Source: Myxococcota bacterium (GTDB taxonomy: Bacteria; Myxococcota_A; UBA9160; UBA4427). Taken from it: a stretch of DNA of 56,096 bases. Below, one piece after another: positions 9,627 through 18,110 of this stretch. Where the stretch lies: positions 1 to 56,096 of the forward strand of contig JAYGCV010000090.1 of NCBI GenBank assembly GCA_046583195.1, written 5' to 3'. The notes beneath the pieces are model-generated. The model did not search any database, was not told the origin of the DNA, and saw only the letters and a program-made list of their open reading frames with translations. Positions within the stretch are counted from its first letter, which is position 1. Each line of letters begins with the position of its first letter. The position numbers were made by a program, and so were the translations under genes.

Positions 9627-10129
9627 TGCCGACCGTGGTGAGTATTTTTGACCGGCCGAGCGATGTGGCGAAGGCCGTGCGGAAGCTGCGCGATCGTGGC
9701 CACGACCAGCTCACGACCTATTCGCCTGCGCCGTTCACAGAGGTCGAGGACGCCGAAGATCCGAAGCCGAGCAAGGTTCGGCTCTTCACGCTGATCGGCG
9801 GCCTTTTGGGTCTCGTTACCGGTTTTGCCATCCAGATCTGGATGTCGCTGGATTGGCCGCTCAAGATTGGCGGCAAGGCCTATGCCTCGATCCCCGCCTA
9901 CGTGATCGTCGGCTTCGAGTTGACGATCCTCTTCGGTGGCCTCGCCACCTTCCTGGGGCTGATGCTCGTGGGTCGGCTGGTACCGGGTCGGCTGGACAAG
10001 GCCTACAGCAAGCGTTTTTCCGCCGAAGAGTTTGGCGTCGCCGTCGATTGCAAGGACAGCGACGTGGCCGAAATCGACGCGCTGATGCGCGCGCACACCG
10101 CAAAGGAGGTTCACGTTGTCCAGGCGTGA
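9626..10129 (+). CDS. actD: Alternative complex III subunit D (DUF3341)
   Basis: TYSPAP, DWPLKIGGK and FELTILF motifs; two TM helices; operon position. Confidence 0.88.
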   Translation: MPTVVSIFDRPSDVAKAVRKLRDRGHDQLTTYSPAPFTEVEDAEDPKPSKVRLFTLIGGLLGLVTGFAIQIWMSLDWPLKIGGKAYASIPAYVIVGFELTILFGGLATFLGLMLVGRLVPGRLDKAYSKRFSAEEFGVAVDCKDSDVAEIDALMRAHTAKEVHVVQA

Positions 10130-10700
10130 CCCGAAGCTGCGCTCCTGGCTCACCGTGGCCCTTGGCCTCGCCCTGGTGGCGGGGATTGGCTGCTGGGAGC
10201 AGGTCGACGACGGAAACTGGTTTCCGCAGATGAAGCGCCAGCCGACCTTCCAGGCTTTCGAGCGCGTGCCCTACCGCGACCAGAAGCAGGGGTTCGTGCC
10301 GCCCGAGGGAACCGTCCCGGTGGGTTGGGGGGACGTGCCGGAACTCGCGGCGATGGGCATGACCGAGCAGGACGCCGTGCAGAACCCGCAAGCCTCCACC
10401 TTCGCGTCGCTCGAGCGCGGCGCCGAGCTCTACAACCGCTATTGCACCACCTGCCACGGCCAGGACGGCGGAGGCAACGGCCCGGTGGCGGGCCCGCCCT
10501 TCGGCAAGGGCCCCTTCGGGCTGGTCCTGCCCATTGGCGGGCCGATGAGCGTGGCGAAGGGCCTCACTGACGGTCACATCTACACCACGATTTCGATCAA
10601 TCGCGGCCGCATGCCCTCCTACCAGCGGATCTTGCCCGAAGACCGATGGCACATCGTCAACTACCTGCGGCAGCTGAACGGACAGGGAGGTTCGCAGTGA
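10116..10700 (+). CDS. actE: Alternative complex III monoheme cytochrome c lipoprotein
   Basis: Lipobox GIGC, PPEGTVP, single CTTCH, RMPSY and DRWHIVNYLR. Confidence 0.88.
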   Translation: MSRRDPKLRSWLTVALGLALVAGIGCWEQVDDGNWFPQMKRQPTFQAFERVPYRDQKQGFVPPEGTVPVGWGDVPELAAMGMTEQDAVQNPQASTFASLERGAELYNRYCTTCHGQDGGGNGPVAGPPFGKGPFGLVLPIGGPMSVAKGLTDGHIYTTISINRGRMPSYQRILPEDRWHIVNYLRQLNGQGGSQ

Positions 10701-12019
10701 GTTCGGCCCAGAGCGCCATCGAGAAGGTCCGACCCGGCCGACTGCCCCAGCCGCTCACCTCGATCCTTGCGGCGCTGCTCGCCGTGGGCGTAGCCGCCTT
10801 TGCCTACGGGCTCTCTTCGGACCCCCAGGTGACCTGGCTCGCCTTCCACACCAACTTCATCTACTTCGCGGCGCTCTCCAACGGCGCCCTGATCCTGCTC
10901 TGCGCCTTCGTGATTGTCGGCGCGAAGTGGCCTGGGCCCCTGCGCCATATCGCCGAGGGCCTCGCCGCCTGGGTGCCGATCTCGTTCCTGCTTGGCTGCG
11001 TCGGTTATTTCGGCGGCGATTATCTCTTCGAGTGGCTGCGCGAGGGCGCGGTGCACGGCAAGGAGCCCTGGCTCAACGCGCCGCGCTTCTATATCACCGA
11101 TCTCGGAGTGCTCGCGGCGCTGGGCCTGCTTGCGATGGTTTTCTTGAAGACCACTTCACGGCCGCTGCTCGGCGGCGGGGCGGCAGATTCGATGACCGGC
11201 TTCGCCAAGCGCATGGCCGATGGTTGGACCACCAATTGGCGCGGGGACCGCGAGGAGATCGAGGCCGCCCACGCCAAGTTGGCGAAGCTCTCGCCGGTGA
11301 TTGTGATCCTCTTTGCGATGGGTTTCTCGGTCTTCATCTTCGACCAGGTCATGTCGATGGAGCAGACCTGGTATTCGAACCTCTTTGGCGCTTTCGTGAG
11401 TTGGGGGGGCATCCTCTCGGCGGTGGCCGCGATCTCGCTGATGTCGGTGCTGCACCGCAACTCGGAAGCCATCGGTTCGGGCATTACCGAAGAGCGTCTC
11501 CACGACATCGGCAAGATGATGTTCGCCTTCTCGATCTTCTGGATGTACCTCTTCTTCTCGCAGTACCTGGTGATCTGGTACGGCAACCTCCCGGAAGAGA
11601 CGCAATTCTTCCTCGATCGCCTCGGCCCACAGTTCCTCAACGACAAGGGCTTCACGCCCATCGAGTGGGCGCTCTCCTGGAGCGACTGGAACTTCAGCTG
11701 GGAGCGCTTCGACCAGAACTACGCCTGGCTCTCGATGGTGGTCTGGGCCTGCTGCTGGCTCATCCCCTTCTGGGTGCTGCTGGGGGAGAAGCCGAAGAAG
11801 ACCCCCTGGATCCTGGGTCCGGTGGCCGTGGTGGTGTTGCTCGGCTTCTGGCTCGAGCGCAACCTGCTGATCTGGCCTTCGGTGATCAAGCAGGTGAACA
11901 CCCTCTACCTCGGGCCGATCCCGATCCTGATCGCCCTCGGCTTCTTCGGCGCCTTCGGCCTGGTGTTTCTCTTCTACACCCGGGTCTTCCCCTCCTTCGC
12001 CGTCGAAGAAGAGAACTAG
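10697..12019 (+). CDS. actF: Alternative complex III membrane subunit F
   Basis: DQVMSME..WYSNLFG, LHDIGKMMFAFSIFWMYLFFSQYLVIWYGNLPEE; GTG start overlaps the actE stop and follows a GGAGG RBS. Confidence 0.9.
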   Translation: MSSAQSAIEKVRPGRLPQPLTSILAALLAVGVAAFAYGLSSDPQVTWLAFHTNFIYFAALSNGALILLCAFVIVGAKWPGPLRHIAEGLAAWVPISFLLGCVGYFGGDYLFEWLREGAVHGKEPWLNAPRFYITDLGVLAALGLLAMVFLKTTSRPLLGGGAADSMTGFAKRMADGWTTNWRGDREEIEAAHAKLAKLSPVIVILFAMGFSVFIFDQVMSMEQTWYSNLFGAFVSWGGILSAVAAISLMSVLHRNSEAIGSGITEERLHDIGKMMFAFSIFWMYLFFSQYLVIWYGNLPEETQFFLDRLGPQFLNDKGFTPIEWALSWSDWNFSWERFDQNYAWLSMVVWACCWLIPFWVLLGEKPKKTPWILGPVAVVVLLGFWLERNLLIWPSVIKQVNTLYLGPIPILIALGFFGAFGLVFLFYTRVFPSFAVEEEN

Positions 12020-12127
12020 CGGGACCGCCATCGCCGCTGCCCGCGTCCGCGCGGACCGTTTGCGTGTCGGGGGCTGTGAAGGCGTTCCGCGGCTGCGCGC
12101 TACCTTCGCGCGCATGGAGACTCGCGG

Positions 12128-13567
12128 GTGAGCGTTGGGACGACGGGGTACGAGGCACCGATCCCGGAACGCCGCGAAATCCCCCTGCGCAGGCGCCGCA
12201 GCCTGCGTCTCGAAGCCGCCGGCTTCCGCTGGGTGAAGCACGCGCGGCGAACCGAGCACGCCGGGCCGCTGCAGCCCTACGCCGACATCACCCACATCGC
12301 AGTGGCTCCGAAGGCCATCTGGGTGGGGATGCGGCGCGACACCTGGCTGCTGCGTCGCAAGCACTTCGAGGATCCCCAGGGTCCCGAACACCTCTTCACG
12401 GCGCTCTACCGCGCAATTCTGGCCCAGCCGGACGGGCCCGCGCAGTGGCAGCGCATCGCCGCTGTCGAAGAGCGCGCCGCCCACCCGGCGCGCCGGACCG
12501 CTACTGCGGGGGTGGTGGTGGTATGTCTCGCGGTGATGGCGCTGCAGTGGCTCGACCCCTTCGTCACCGACGTGGCCTCGTTCGTGCCCGAACTCGTGGC
12601 CCACGGCGAGTGGTGGCGCGCCATCACCGGCAACCTGCTGCACAGCCCGGTGCTCTTTCCCTTCCACATCGCCTCGAATCTGCTCCTGATCGTGGGCTTT
12701 GCCTTCTTGGTGGAGCGCCCGCTCGGCTCTCTGCGGACGCTCTTGGTGATGGCGGCTGCGGGGCTCGGCTCGATGGCGGCCAGTGCCTTCGCCGGGTACG
12801 ACGAGGTGATCGGGGCTTCCGGCATGGCGGCGGGTTTGATCGGCGCAGAGCTAGCCCTCGAGCTGCGCTTTGGCGAGCGCCTGCCCGCCTCCTGGCGGCT
12901 CTCGCGGCCGCTCTTTTTCTCGGTGCTGGTGCTACAGGCGGGGATCGACCTGTTGATCCCCTTCATCGCCGGCGCCGCCCACATCGGTGGCTTCGTCGTG
13001 GGCTATGCGATGACCCTCGTGCTGGCCCCCGCCGCGTTCGCCGGCGAGTCGCCGTCGCCGCGGTTGCGCTTTGCCGTCGCCGCGACGCTGGCGATCGTCG
13101 CCACCAGCCTCGTGGTCCCGCTGCCGCTGATGTTGCGTGACCCCGCGGCCCTCTCGCGCCACGGCCGGGCGGTGCTCGCCAGTGAGGACACCGGGCCGGG
13201 GCGCAGCAACGATCTCGCCTGGCGCATGCTGACCGAGAGCCAACTCTCCCCCGAGCAGGCCCAGGTGGCGGTGGCGCTGGCCGAACGCGCGGTCGCCGAG
13301 ACCGAGCGCCAGAACCCCGACATTCTCGACACCCTGGCCGAGGCGCTCTTCGTGCAGGGCGATCAACACGGCGCTCTCGAGGTGATCGACGAGGCCATCG
13401 GTCTCGACGCCGACGAGACCTACTACATCGAGCAGCGTCGGCGCTACCGCGGCGAACGTGCCTTTGACGACCGCCCCGCGCCGCCAGCCATGCCCTGGTT
13501 CCTGCGTGCGCCCGAGGCCCCCGCGCTCCGGGTCTTCATCGACCCGTCGGACGGGGTTGAGATCTAG
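12128..13567 (+). CDS. Rhomboid family intramembrane serine protease with N-terminal soluble domain and C-terminal TPR-like region
   Basis: GEWWRAIT..LLH, HIASN, catalytic GASG and AHIGG; C-terminal ILDTLAEALF helical repeat. Confidence 0.88.
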   Translation: MSVGTTGYEAPIPERREIPLRRRRSLRLEAAGFRWVKHARRTEHAGPLQPYADITHIAVAPKAIWVGMRRDTWLLRRKHFEDPQGPEHLFTALYRAILAQPDGPAQWQRIAAVEERAAHPARRTATAGVVVVCLAVMALQWLDPFVTDVASFVPELVAHGEWWRAITGNLLHSPVLFPFHIASNLLLIVGFAFLVERPLGSLRTLLVMAAAGLGSMAASAFAGYDEVIGASGMAAGLIGAELALELRFGERLPASWRLSRPLFFSVLVLQAGIDLLIPFIAGAAHIGGFVVGYAMTLVLAPAAFAGESPSPRLRFAVAATLAIVATSLVVPLPLMLRDPAALSRHGRAVLASEDTGPGRSNDLAWRMLTESQLSPEQAQVAVALAERAVAETERQNPDILDTLAEALFVQGDQHGALEVIDEAIGLDADETYYIEQRRRYRGERAFDDRPAPPAMPWFLRAPEAPALRVFIDPSDGVEI

Positions 13568-13627
13568 CGGCGCGTGCGGCCACGGGGGAGGGGGCCTCGC
13601 GTCGACCGGCGGCACCGGGTGCTTCCG

Positions 13628-13924
13628 CTAGGCGGTCTTGCGCCACTTCCGACGGAGGGGGAGCGCACCGCCGAGCGTCATCAACCCGATCAAGGTCCAT
13701 TGGCCGAAGGCGCCGAAGACCGGGACTTCGTCCTCCGGCGGCGTGCTCGAAGCGTCTAGCGGGTCGGTACCGAGGACGATTTCGACCTCGTCAGAGTAGC
13801 CGTCGTTGTCGTCATCGGGGTCGGCGTTGTTTCCGATTTCATCGCCGTCGGTGTCTAACCATTCGGTGGGATCCAGGGGGAAGGCGTCGTCGTCATCGGC
13901 CACGCCGTCACCATCGGTGTCCAC
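13628..13924 (-). pseudogene. Probable C-terminal remnant of a surface protein with thrombospondin type-3-like Ca-binding repeats and an IPTL-CTERM-like tail
   Basis: DTDGDGVADDDDAFPLDP..DTDGDEIGNNADPDDDNDG repeats; VPVFG + TM helix + RRKWRK tail; no signal peptide. Confidence 0.55.
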
Positions 13925-13998
13925 CGGGGACGAAACCGGGAACCGGAACTCATGGGGGGCGAGGAGCAGGCGGCCGCCTAAGCCCGGACCGCTCCGCC

Positions 13999-14964
13999 TC
14001 AGGGCGTGTAGCGGTCGCCGTCCGCGGCGACTTCGAGGCGACCGGAGAAGGCGTCGTCGATGATCATCTCGACCTGGATGTCGAAGAAGGGCGGCGGGCG
14101 CATCCGGGTGACCACCAACGTGTGGACGCCGGCGCGCCGGGCGAGGTCGCCGACATCGAGGATCGAGGTGTGGAGCGCGGCTTCGCGGCGCAGGCGTTCG
14201 GGGTCGGCCACGATGCCAGCACTCTCGATGTCCTCGGGCGGCGGCACGTAGACCGCCTCGTGCACCAGGATGTCGACGCCGCTGGCAAAGCGCACCAGAT
14301 CGTCAGGACCCCAGCCGGTGCCCGAGACCACCACGGAGTCTTCGCCCACTTCGAAGCGCCAAGCCAGCGCCGACAGCGGCCCGCCCGAAAGTTCCCCCGC
14401 CGAGATGTGCAGGTCGCCGAGCGTTTCGCTGTAGCCGCCGCTCACGTCGAAGGCTTCGATGCGCACGCCTTCGGACGGCAGCGCCAGCGCTTCGCCCAGG
14501 CCCGCCGCGCCGCGCCGGTGGGCCGCTTGCAGTGCGGTGGCAAATTCTTGGGTGCCGGGCGGGCCCACGAGGCGGAGCGGCTCGCTGCGTCCCACCAGCC
14601 AGCCCGAGAGCAATAGATCGTCGAGGCCTGCGGTGTTGATCGGCAACAAGTTGGTGATAAAAACCGTGGTGGGCTGCCAGACCGGGATCCCGGCGTAGCG
14701 CAGCGCCTCGGCCACGCCGCGGCCCGCGTCCACCAGCACCAGCTGCTCGCCCGAGCCGATCCCCGTGGCGGGCCCCAGGCGTTCGGGGTTCTCGTAGGCA
14801 CTGCCGGTGCCCACGGTGATCACCTCGAGGGGCGCGAAACTCTGGGCCTCGAGGGGCATCACGTTCTCGCCCACGGTGGCGGCGCGCAGCATCACGCAGG
14901 CGCCGCCCCAGCCGACCACCAGCATCCCCGCCAGGAAGCCAAAGAACGCCAGGCGGGCGCTCAC
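13999..14964 (-). CDS. Exported MBL-fold (RNase Z/arylsulfatase-like) protein with degenerate metal site
   Basis: VGTGS..NPER.GP, LVDAGRG, VGPPGT, LVHEA and LHTS motifs; HxHxDH replaced by NLLPIN. Confidence 0.75.
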   Translation of the reverse strand: MSARLAFFGFLAGMLVVGWGGACVMLRAATVGENVMPLEAQSFAPLEVITVGTGSAYENPERLGPATGIGSGEQLVLVDAGRGVAEALRYAGIPVWQPTTVFITNLLPINTAGLDDLLLSGWLVGRSEPLRLVGPPGTQEFATALQAAHRRGAAGLGEALALPSEGVRIEAFDVSGGYSETLGDLHISAGELSGGPLSALAWRFEVGEDSVVVSGTGWGPDDLVRFASGVDILVHEAVYVPPPEDIESAGIVADPERLRREAALHTSILDVGDLARRAGVHTLVVTRMRPPPFFDIQVEMIIDDAFSGRLEVAADGDRYTP

Positions 14965-15286
14965 AGCGGGCCCCGGCCGGTGCCGTGGTCAAGGCACACG
15001 CCTTCGGATACGTTGGATTCAGGGGATCTCACTCATCCTCGAGTTCCGCGGTCAGCGTCGGGCGATGCTGCTTGCGGGGCGGCCCGGAGGGGCGGGAACG
15101 GCGCCCACCCTCACACCGGGAACCGAGCGGGGTCTGGGCCTCGCAGGTTTTTCCCAAGCCGACATGGAGGTGAAACATTGGACCAAAGTAGCACTACGGC
15201 GAGTGAGGTGGCGGCGTCCTGACGCCTGGCCGACTTGCCAATCGATGTCGGCGCTTTGGGGACGGACGGTTCCCAGCGCCACCGCC

Positions 15287-15348
15287 CCCGGGAGCGCGGA
15301 CGCCGTAGCCGCAACAGGGTCGCAAGACCTGCTCCCGGGTGTTTTTTT
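15287..15348 (+). terminator. Intrinsic terminator-like structure on the + strand
   Basis: CCCGGGAGC (15287-15295) pairs with GCTCCCGGG (15331-15339), encloses a GGTC-GCAA-GACC hairpin and is followed by T7 at 15342-15348. Confidence 0.5.
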
Positions 15349-15397
15349 GCCCGCGCGTCGGGATCTGCGGCACGATCCGCCCGAAGCGGTTGCGTCG

Positions 15398-16144
15398 CTA
15401 GCCCGAAGCCGCGAGCCGCGCTTCGACCTTCGCAATGTCGGCGGGCACGTCGACGGCGCAACTTTCGAAGGCTTCGACGATCACCGCTTGGATGGCGTAG
15501 CCGTGCTCGAGGGCGCGCAACTGCTCGAGCCCCTCGGCGACTTCGAGGCAGGTGCGCGGCAGCGCGACGAACTCGAGCAGAAATTCGCGCCGGTAGGCGT
15601 AGATTCCGATGTGCTGCAGGAAGCGCGGCGCGTCGTCCGCTGTGCCGGCTCCGCCCGTGTGTTGCGCCGGGATTGGCGCGCGAGAGAAGTAGAGTGCGCG
15701 CCCGGCGGCGTCGAGCACCACTTTCACGCGGTGGGGGTCGCTTGCGATCGCGGCGCCGGCGGGGTGGACTAGCGTGGCCATTGGGATGTTCGGATTCGCA
15801 AGCAAGGCGTCGACGCAGGCGTCGATCTGCGCCGGGTCGATCAGCGGTTCGTCGCCCTGGATGTTCACCACGATCTCGCAATCGAGATCCTGACAGGCCT
15901 CAGCCAGACGGTCGCTGCCGGTGGGGTGGTCGGGTGAGGTCATCGCCACCGGCGCGCCAAATCCGCGCGCGGCGTCGGCGATGCGCGCGTCGTCGGTGGC
16001 GATCCAGACTTCGTCGAGGTGCTTGGCTCGGCAGGCGCGCTCGTAGACGTGCTGGATCATCGGGCGCCCGGCGATCGGGGCCAGGGGCTTTCCCGGAAAG
16101 CGCGTCGACGCATAGCGAGCCGGGATGATGCCGACGGCCTTCAT
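15398..16144 (-). CDS. kdsB: 3-deoxy-manno-octulosonate cytidylyltransferase
   Basis: IIPARYASTRFPGKPL, VNIQGDEP, ALYFSRAPIP, HIGIYAY and LEQLRALE motifs. Confidence 0.96.
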   Translation of the reverse strand: MKAVGIIPARYASTRFPGKPLAPIAGRPMIQHVYERACRAKHLDEVWIATDDARIADAARGFGAPVAMTSPDHPTGSDRLAEACQDLDCEIVVNIQGDEPLIDPAQIDACVDALLANPNIPMATLVHPAGAAIASDPHRVKVVLDAAGRALYFSRAPIPAQHTGGAGTADDAPRFLQHIGIYAYRREFLLEFVALPRTCLEVAEGLEQLRALEHGYAIQAVIVEAFESCAVDVPADIAKVEARLAASG

Positions 16145-16257
16145 GGCAACCATGCTACCCGATGGGTATTCTGACCGCCCCGCGGAGGCCCGCGTGCCTC
16201 CGTCCCCGCCCGGCGTCGCGCCGGCGCGAGACACCGGTCCGCACCCGAGGAGACGTG

Positions 16258-17502
16258 ATGGCGACATTCGGAATCTTGGTGGGCGGCGGTCCCGCCCCGG
16301 GAATCAACGGCGTGATCGGCGCCGCGACGATCACCGCGCTCGAGGCCGGGCACCGCGTCGTCGGCCTCCTCGATGGCTTCGAGCACCTGATGGCGGGGTT
16401 GTCGGTGGACGAACTCCGCAGCCACACCCGCGAGCTCTCGCGCGAAGAGGTGGCCACCATCCACCAGCGCGGCGGTTCGATCCTGCATACCTCACGCGCC
16501 AACCCCACCAAGGACCCCGCCCATCTCGAGCGCTGCGTGGCGTCGCTCGACGCTCTGGGCATCGACCACCTCGTCACCATCGGCGGCGACGACACCGCCT
16601 TCTCCTCGAAGCGAGTATCGGATACGGCAAAGGGTCGCATCGCCTGCGTGCACGTGCCGAAGACTATCGACAACGATCTGCCGCTGCCCGCGGGCGTGCC
16701 GACCTTCGGCTACGAGACCGCGCGCGACGTCGCCACGGGCGTGGTCGAGAACCTGATGGAAGATTGCCGCACCACGGGGCGCTGGTTCTTCGTGATCATG
16801 ATGGGCCGCAAGGCCGGCCACCTGGCGCTCGGCGCCGGGCTCTCGGCGGGGGCCGCGGTGACGCTGATCCCCGAAGAGTTCGCGACCGGCGATAAGATTC
16901 GGCTCGCGGACGTGGCCCGGGTGCTCGAAGGCGCCATCCTGAAGCGCCTGGCTCGCGGTCAACGCGATGGTGTGGCGGTGATCGCCGAGGGAGTGTCCGA
17001 GTTCCTCGACCCCGGCGACCTCGCCGAATTGAAGGACGCGCCGCGCGACGAGCACGGCCACATCCGCCTGGCCGACGTGCCGCTCGGAAAGGTGCTGGCG
17101 AACCGCGTAAAGGCCGATCTCGCCGACCGCGGTGTTGCGGTCGCCATCGGCACCAAGGATGTCGGCTACGAGCTGCGCTGCGCCTCGCCCTGCGCCTTCG
17201 ACCGCGAGTACACCCGCGATCTCGGCGCCGGCGCCGTCGACCTGCTGCTCTCCGGGCGCAGTGCAGCGCTGGTGACCCGGCGCGAGGGGCAGATCGAACC
17301 GATCGCTTTCGAGGACCTGATCGACGCCGAGACCGGTCGCACCAAGGTCCGCATGGTCGAGACCGGCAGCGATTTCTACGCCCACGCGCTCGCGCTCCAG
17401 GACCGCATCCGCGCAGCGGACCTCTCGGACGCCGGGCGCCTCGAAGCCCTGGCCGCCGCCTCGAACCAATCCGCCGAAGAAACCAAAGCCCGCTTCGCCT
17501 AG
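16258..17502 (+). CDS. pfp: Pyrophosphate-dependent 6-phosphofructokinase
   Basis: GGGPAPGING, GGDDT (Asp indicates PPi specificity), PKTIDND, MGRKAG and GYELRC. Confidence 0.85.
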   Translation: MATFGILVGGGPAPGINGVIGAATITALEAGHRVVGLLDGFEHLMAGLSVDELRSHTRELSREEVATIHQRGGSILHTSRANPTKDPAHLERCVASLDALGIDHLVTIGGDDTAFSSKRVSDTAKGRIACVHVPKTIDNDLPLPAGVPTFGYETARDVATGVVENLMEDCRTTGRWFFVIMMGRKAGHLALGAGLSAGAAVTLIPEEFATGDKIRLADVARVLEGAILKRLARGQRDGVAVIAEGVSEFLDPGDLAELKDAPRDEHGHIRLADVPLGKVLANRVKADLADRGVAVAIGTKDVGYELRCASPCAFDREYTRDLGAGAVDLLLSGRSAALVTRREGQIEPIAFEDLIDAETGRTKVRMVETGSDFYAHALALQDRIRAADLSDAGRLEALAAASNQSAEETKARFA

Positions 17503-17511
17503 GACCGGAAG

Positions 17512-17632
17512 AACGGGGACGGGTTTTCTTTTTTTCCTTTTCGGGTCCTGCCGAAGAACGGAGACGGGTCTCTCCGCTTCGAGCCGACCCGAAAAAGAAA
17601 AAAAGAAAACCCGTCCCCGTTTTCCCGTCCCC
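17512..17632. repeat. REP/REPIN-like long inverted repeat, copy 1
   Basis: 36-bp arms 17512-17547 and 17586-17621 (AACGGGGACGGGTTTTCTTTTTTTCCTTTTCGGGTC, one mismatch), with partial end copies internally and at about 17624-17632. Confidence 0.85.
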
Positions 17633-17633
17633 T

Positions 17634-18110
17634 ATGCTCTCGCCCATGACAGCGAACCTCGTCTTCTGGTCCGGCGCGCTGGTCAACCTGGCGCTGGTTT
17701 GCGTGCTGGCGCTGCGCGGCGTGCAGTTGGCGCGCCAGCAGGAGTTCCCCCGCCATCGGCGCCAGATGTTTGCCGTCAGCGGTTTGGTGCTTTTCTTCCT
17801 GGTTTCGTACGTGGTGAAGCTGGCGTTCCTGGGCAAAGAGGATCTCACGGTCTGGAGTCCCAGCGATGTCCTGTGGCTGCGCATCCACGAGACCTGCGTC
17901 GGTGTCATGCTGGTCGCCGGTGCAACCGCGCTCGTCCTCGGTCGGCGCTTCGCACGCACCCAATTGGTAGACCCGGACTCGGAAGCGCCGCCGCCCCCCG
18001 CGCGCTTGTGCCGCCTACACCGAGTGGTGGGGCGCATCGCGGTGTTCGGCGCAGTCTCTGGCTTCGCCACCGCGGCCGCCGTCCTCGCCGGGATGTTCGC
18101 CCGCGCCTAA
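17634..18110 (+). CDS. DUF420 family membrane protein
   Basis: Four TM helices with HRRQM, FLVSY, IHE and HRVVGR motifs. The start may be 17646. Confidence 0.7.
   Translation: MLSPMTANLVFWSGALVNLALVCVLALRGVQLARQQEFPRHRRQMFAVSGLVLFFLVSYVVKLAFLGKEDLTVWSPSDVLWLRIHETCVGVMLVAGATALVLGRRFARTQLVDPDSEAPPPPARLCRLHRVVGRIAVFGAVSGFATAAAVLAGMFARA

Noticed and set aside
15118-15274. Possible 6S RNA
   Set aside because: The pairing is asymmetric, no recognisable 6S consensus is seen and no ygfA-like gene is adjacent; kept only as an unassigned RNA candidate.
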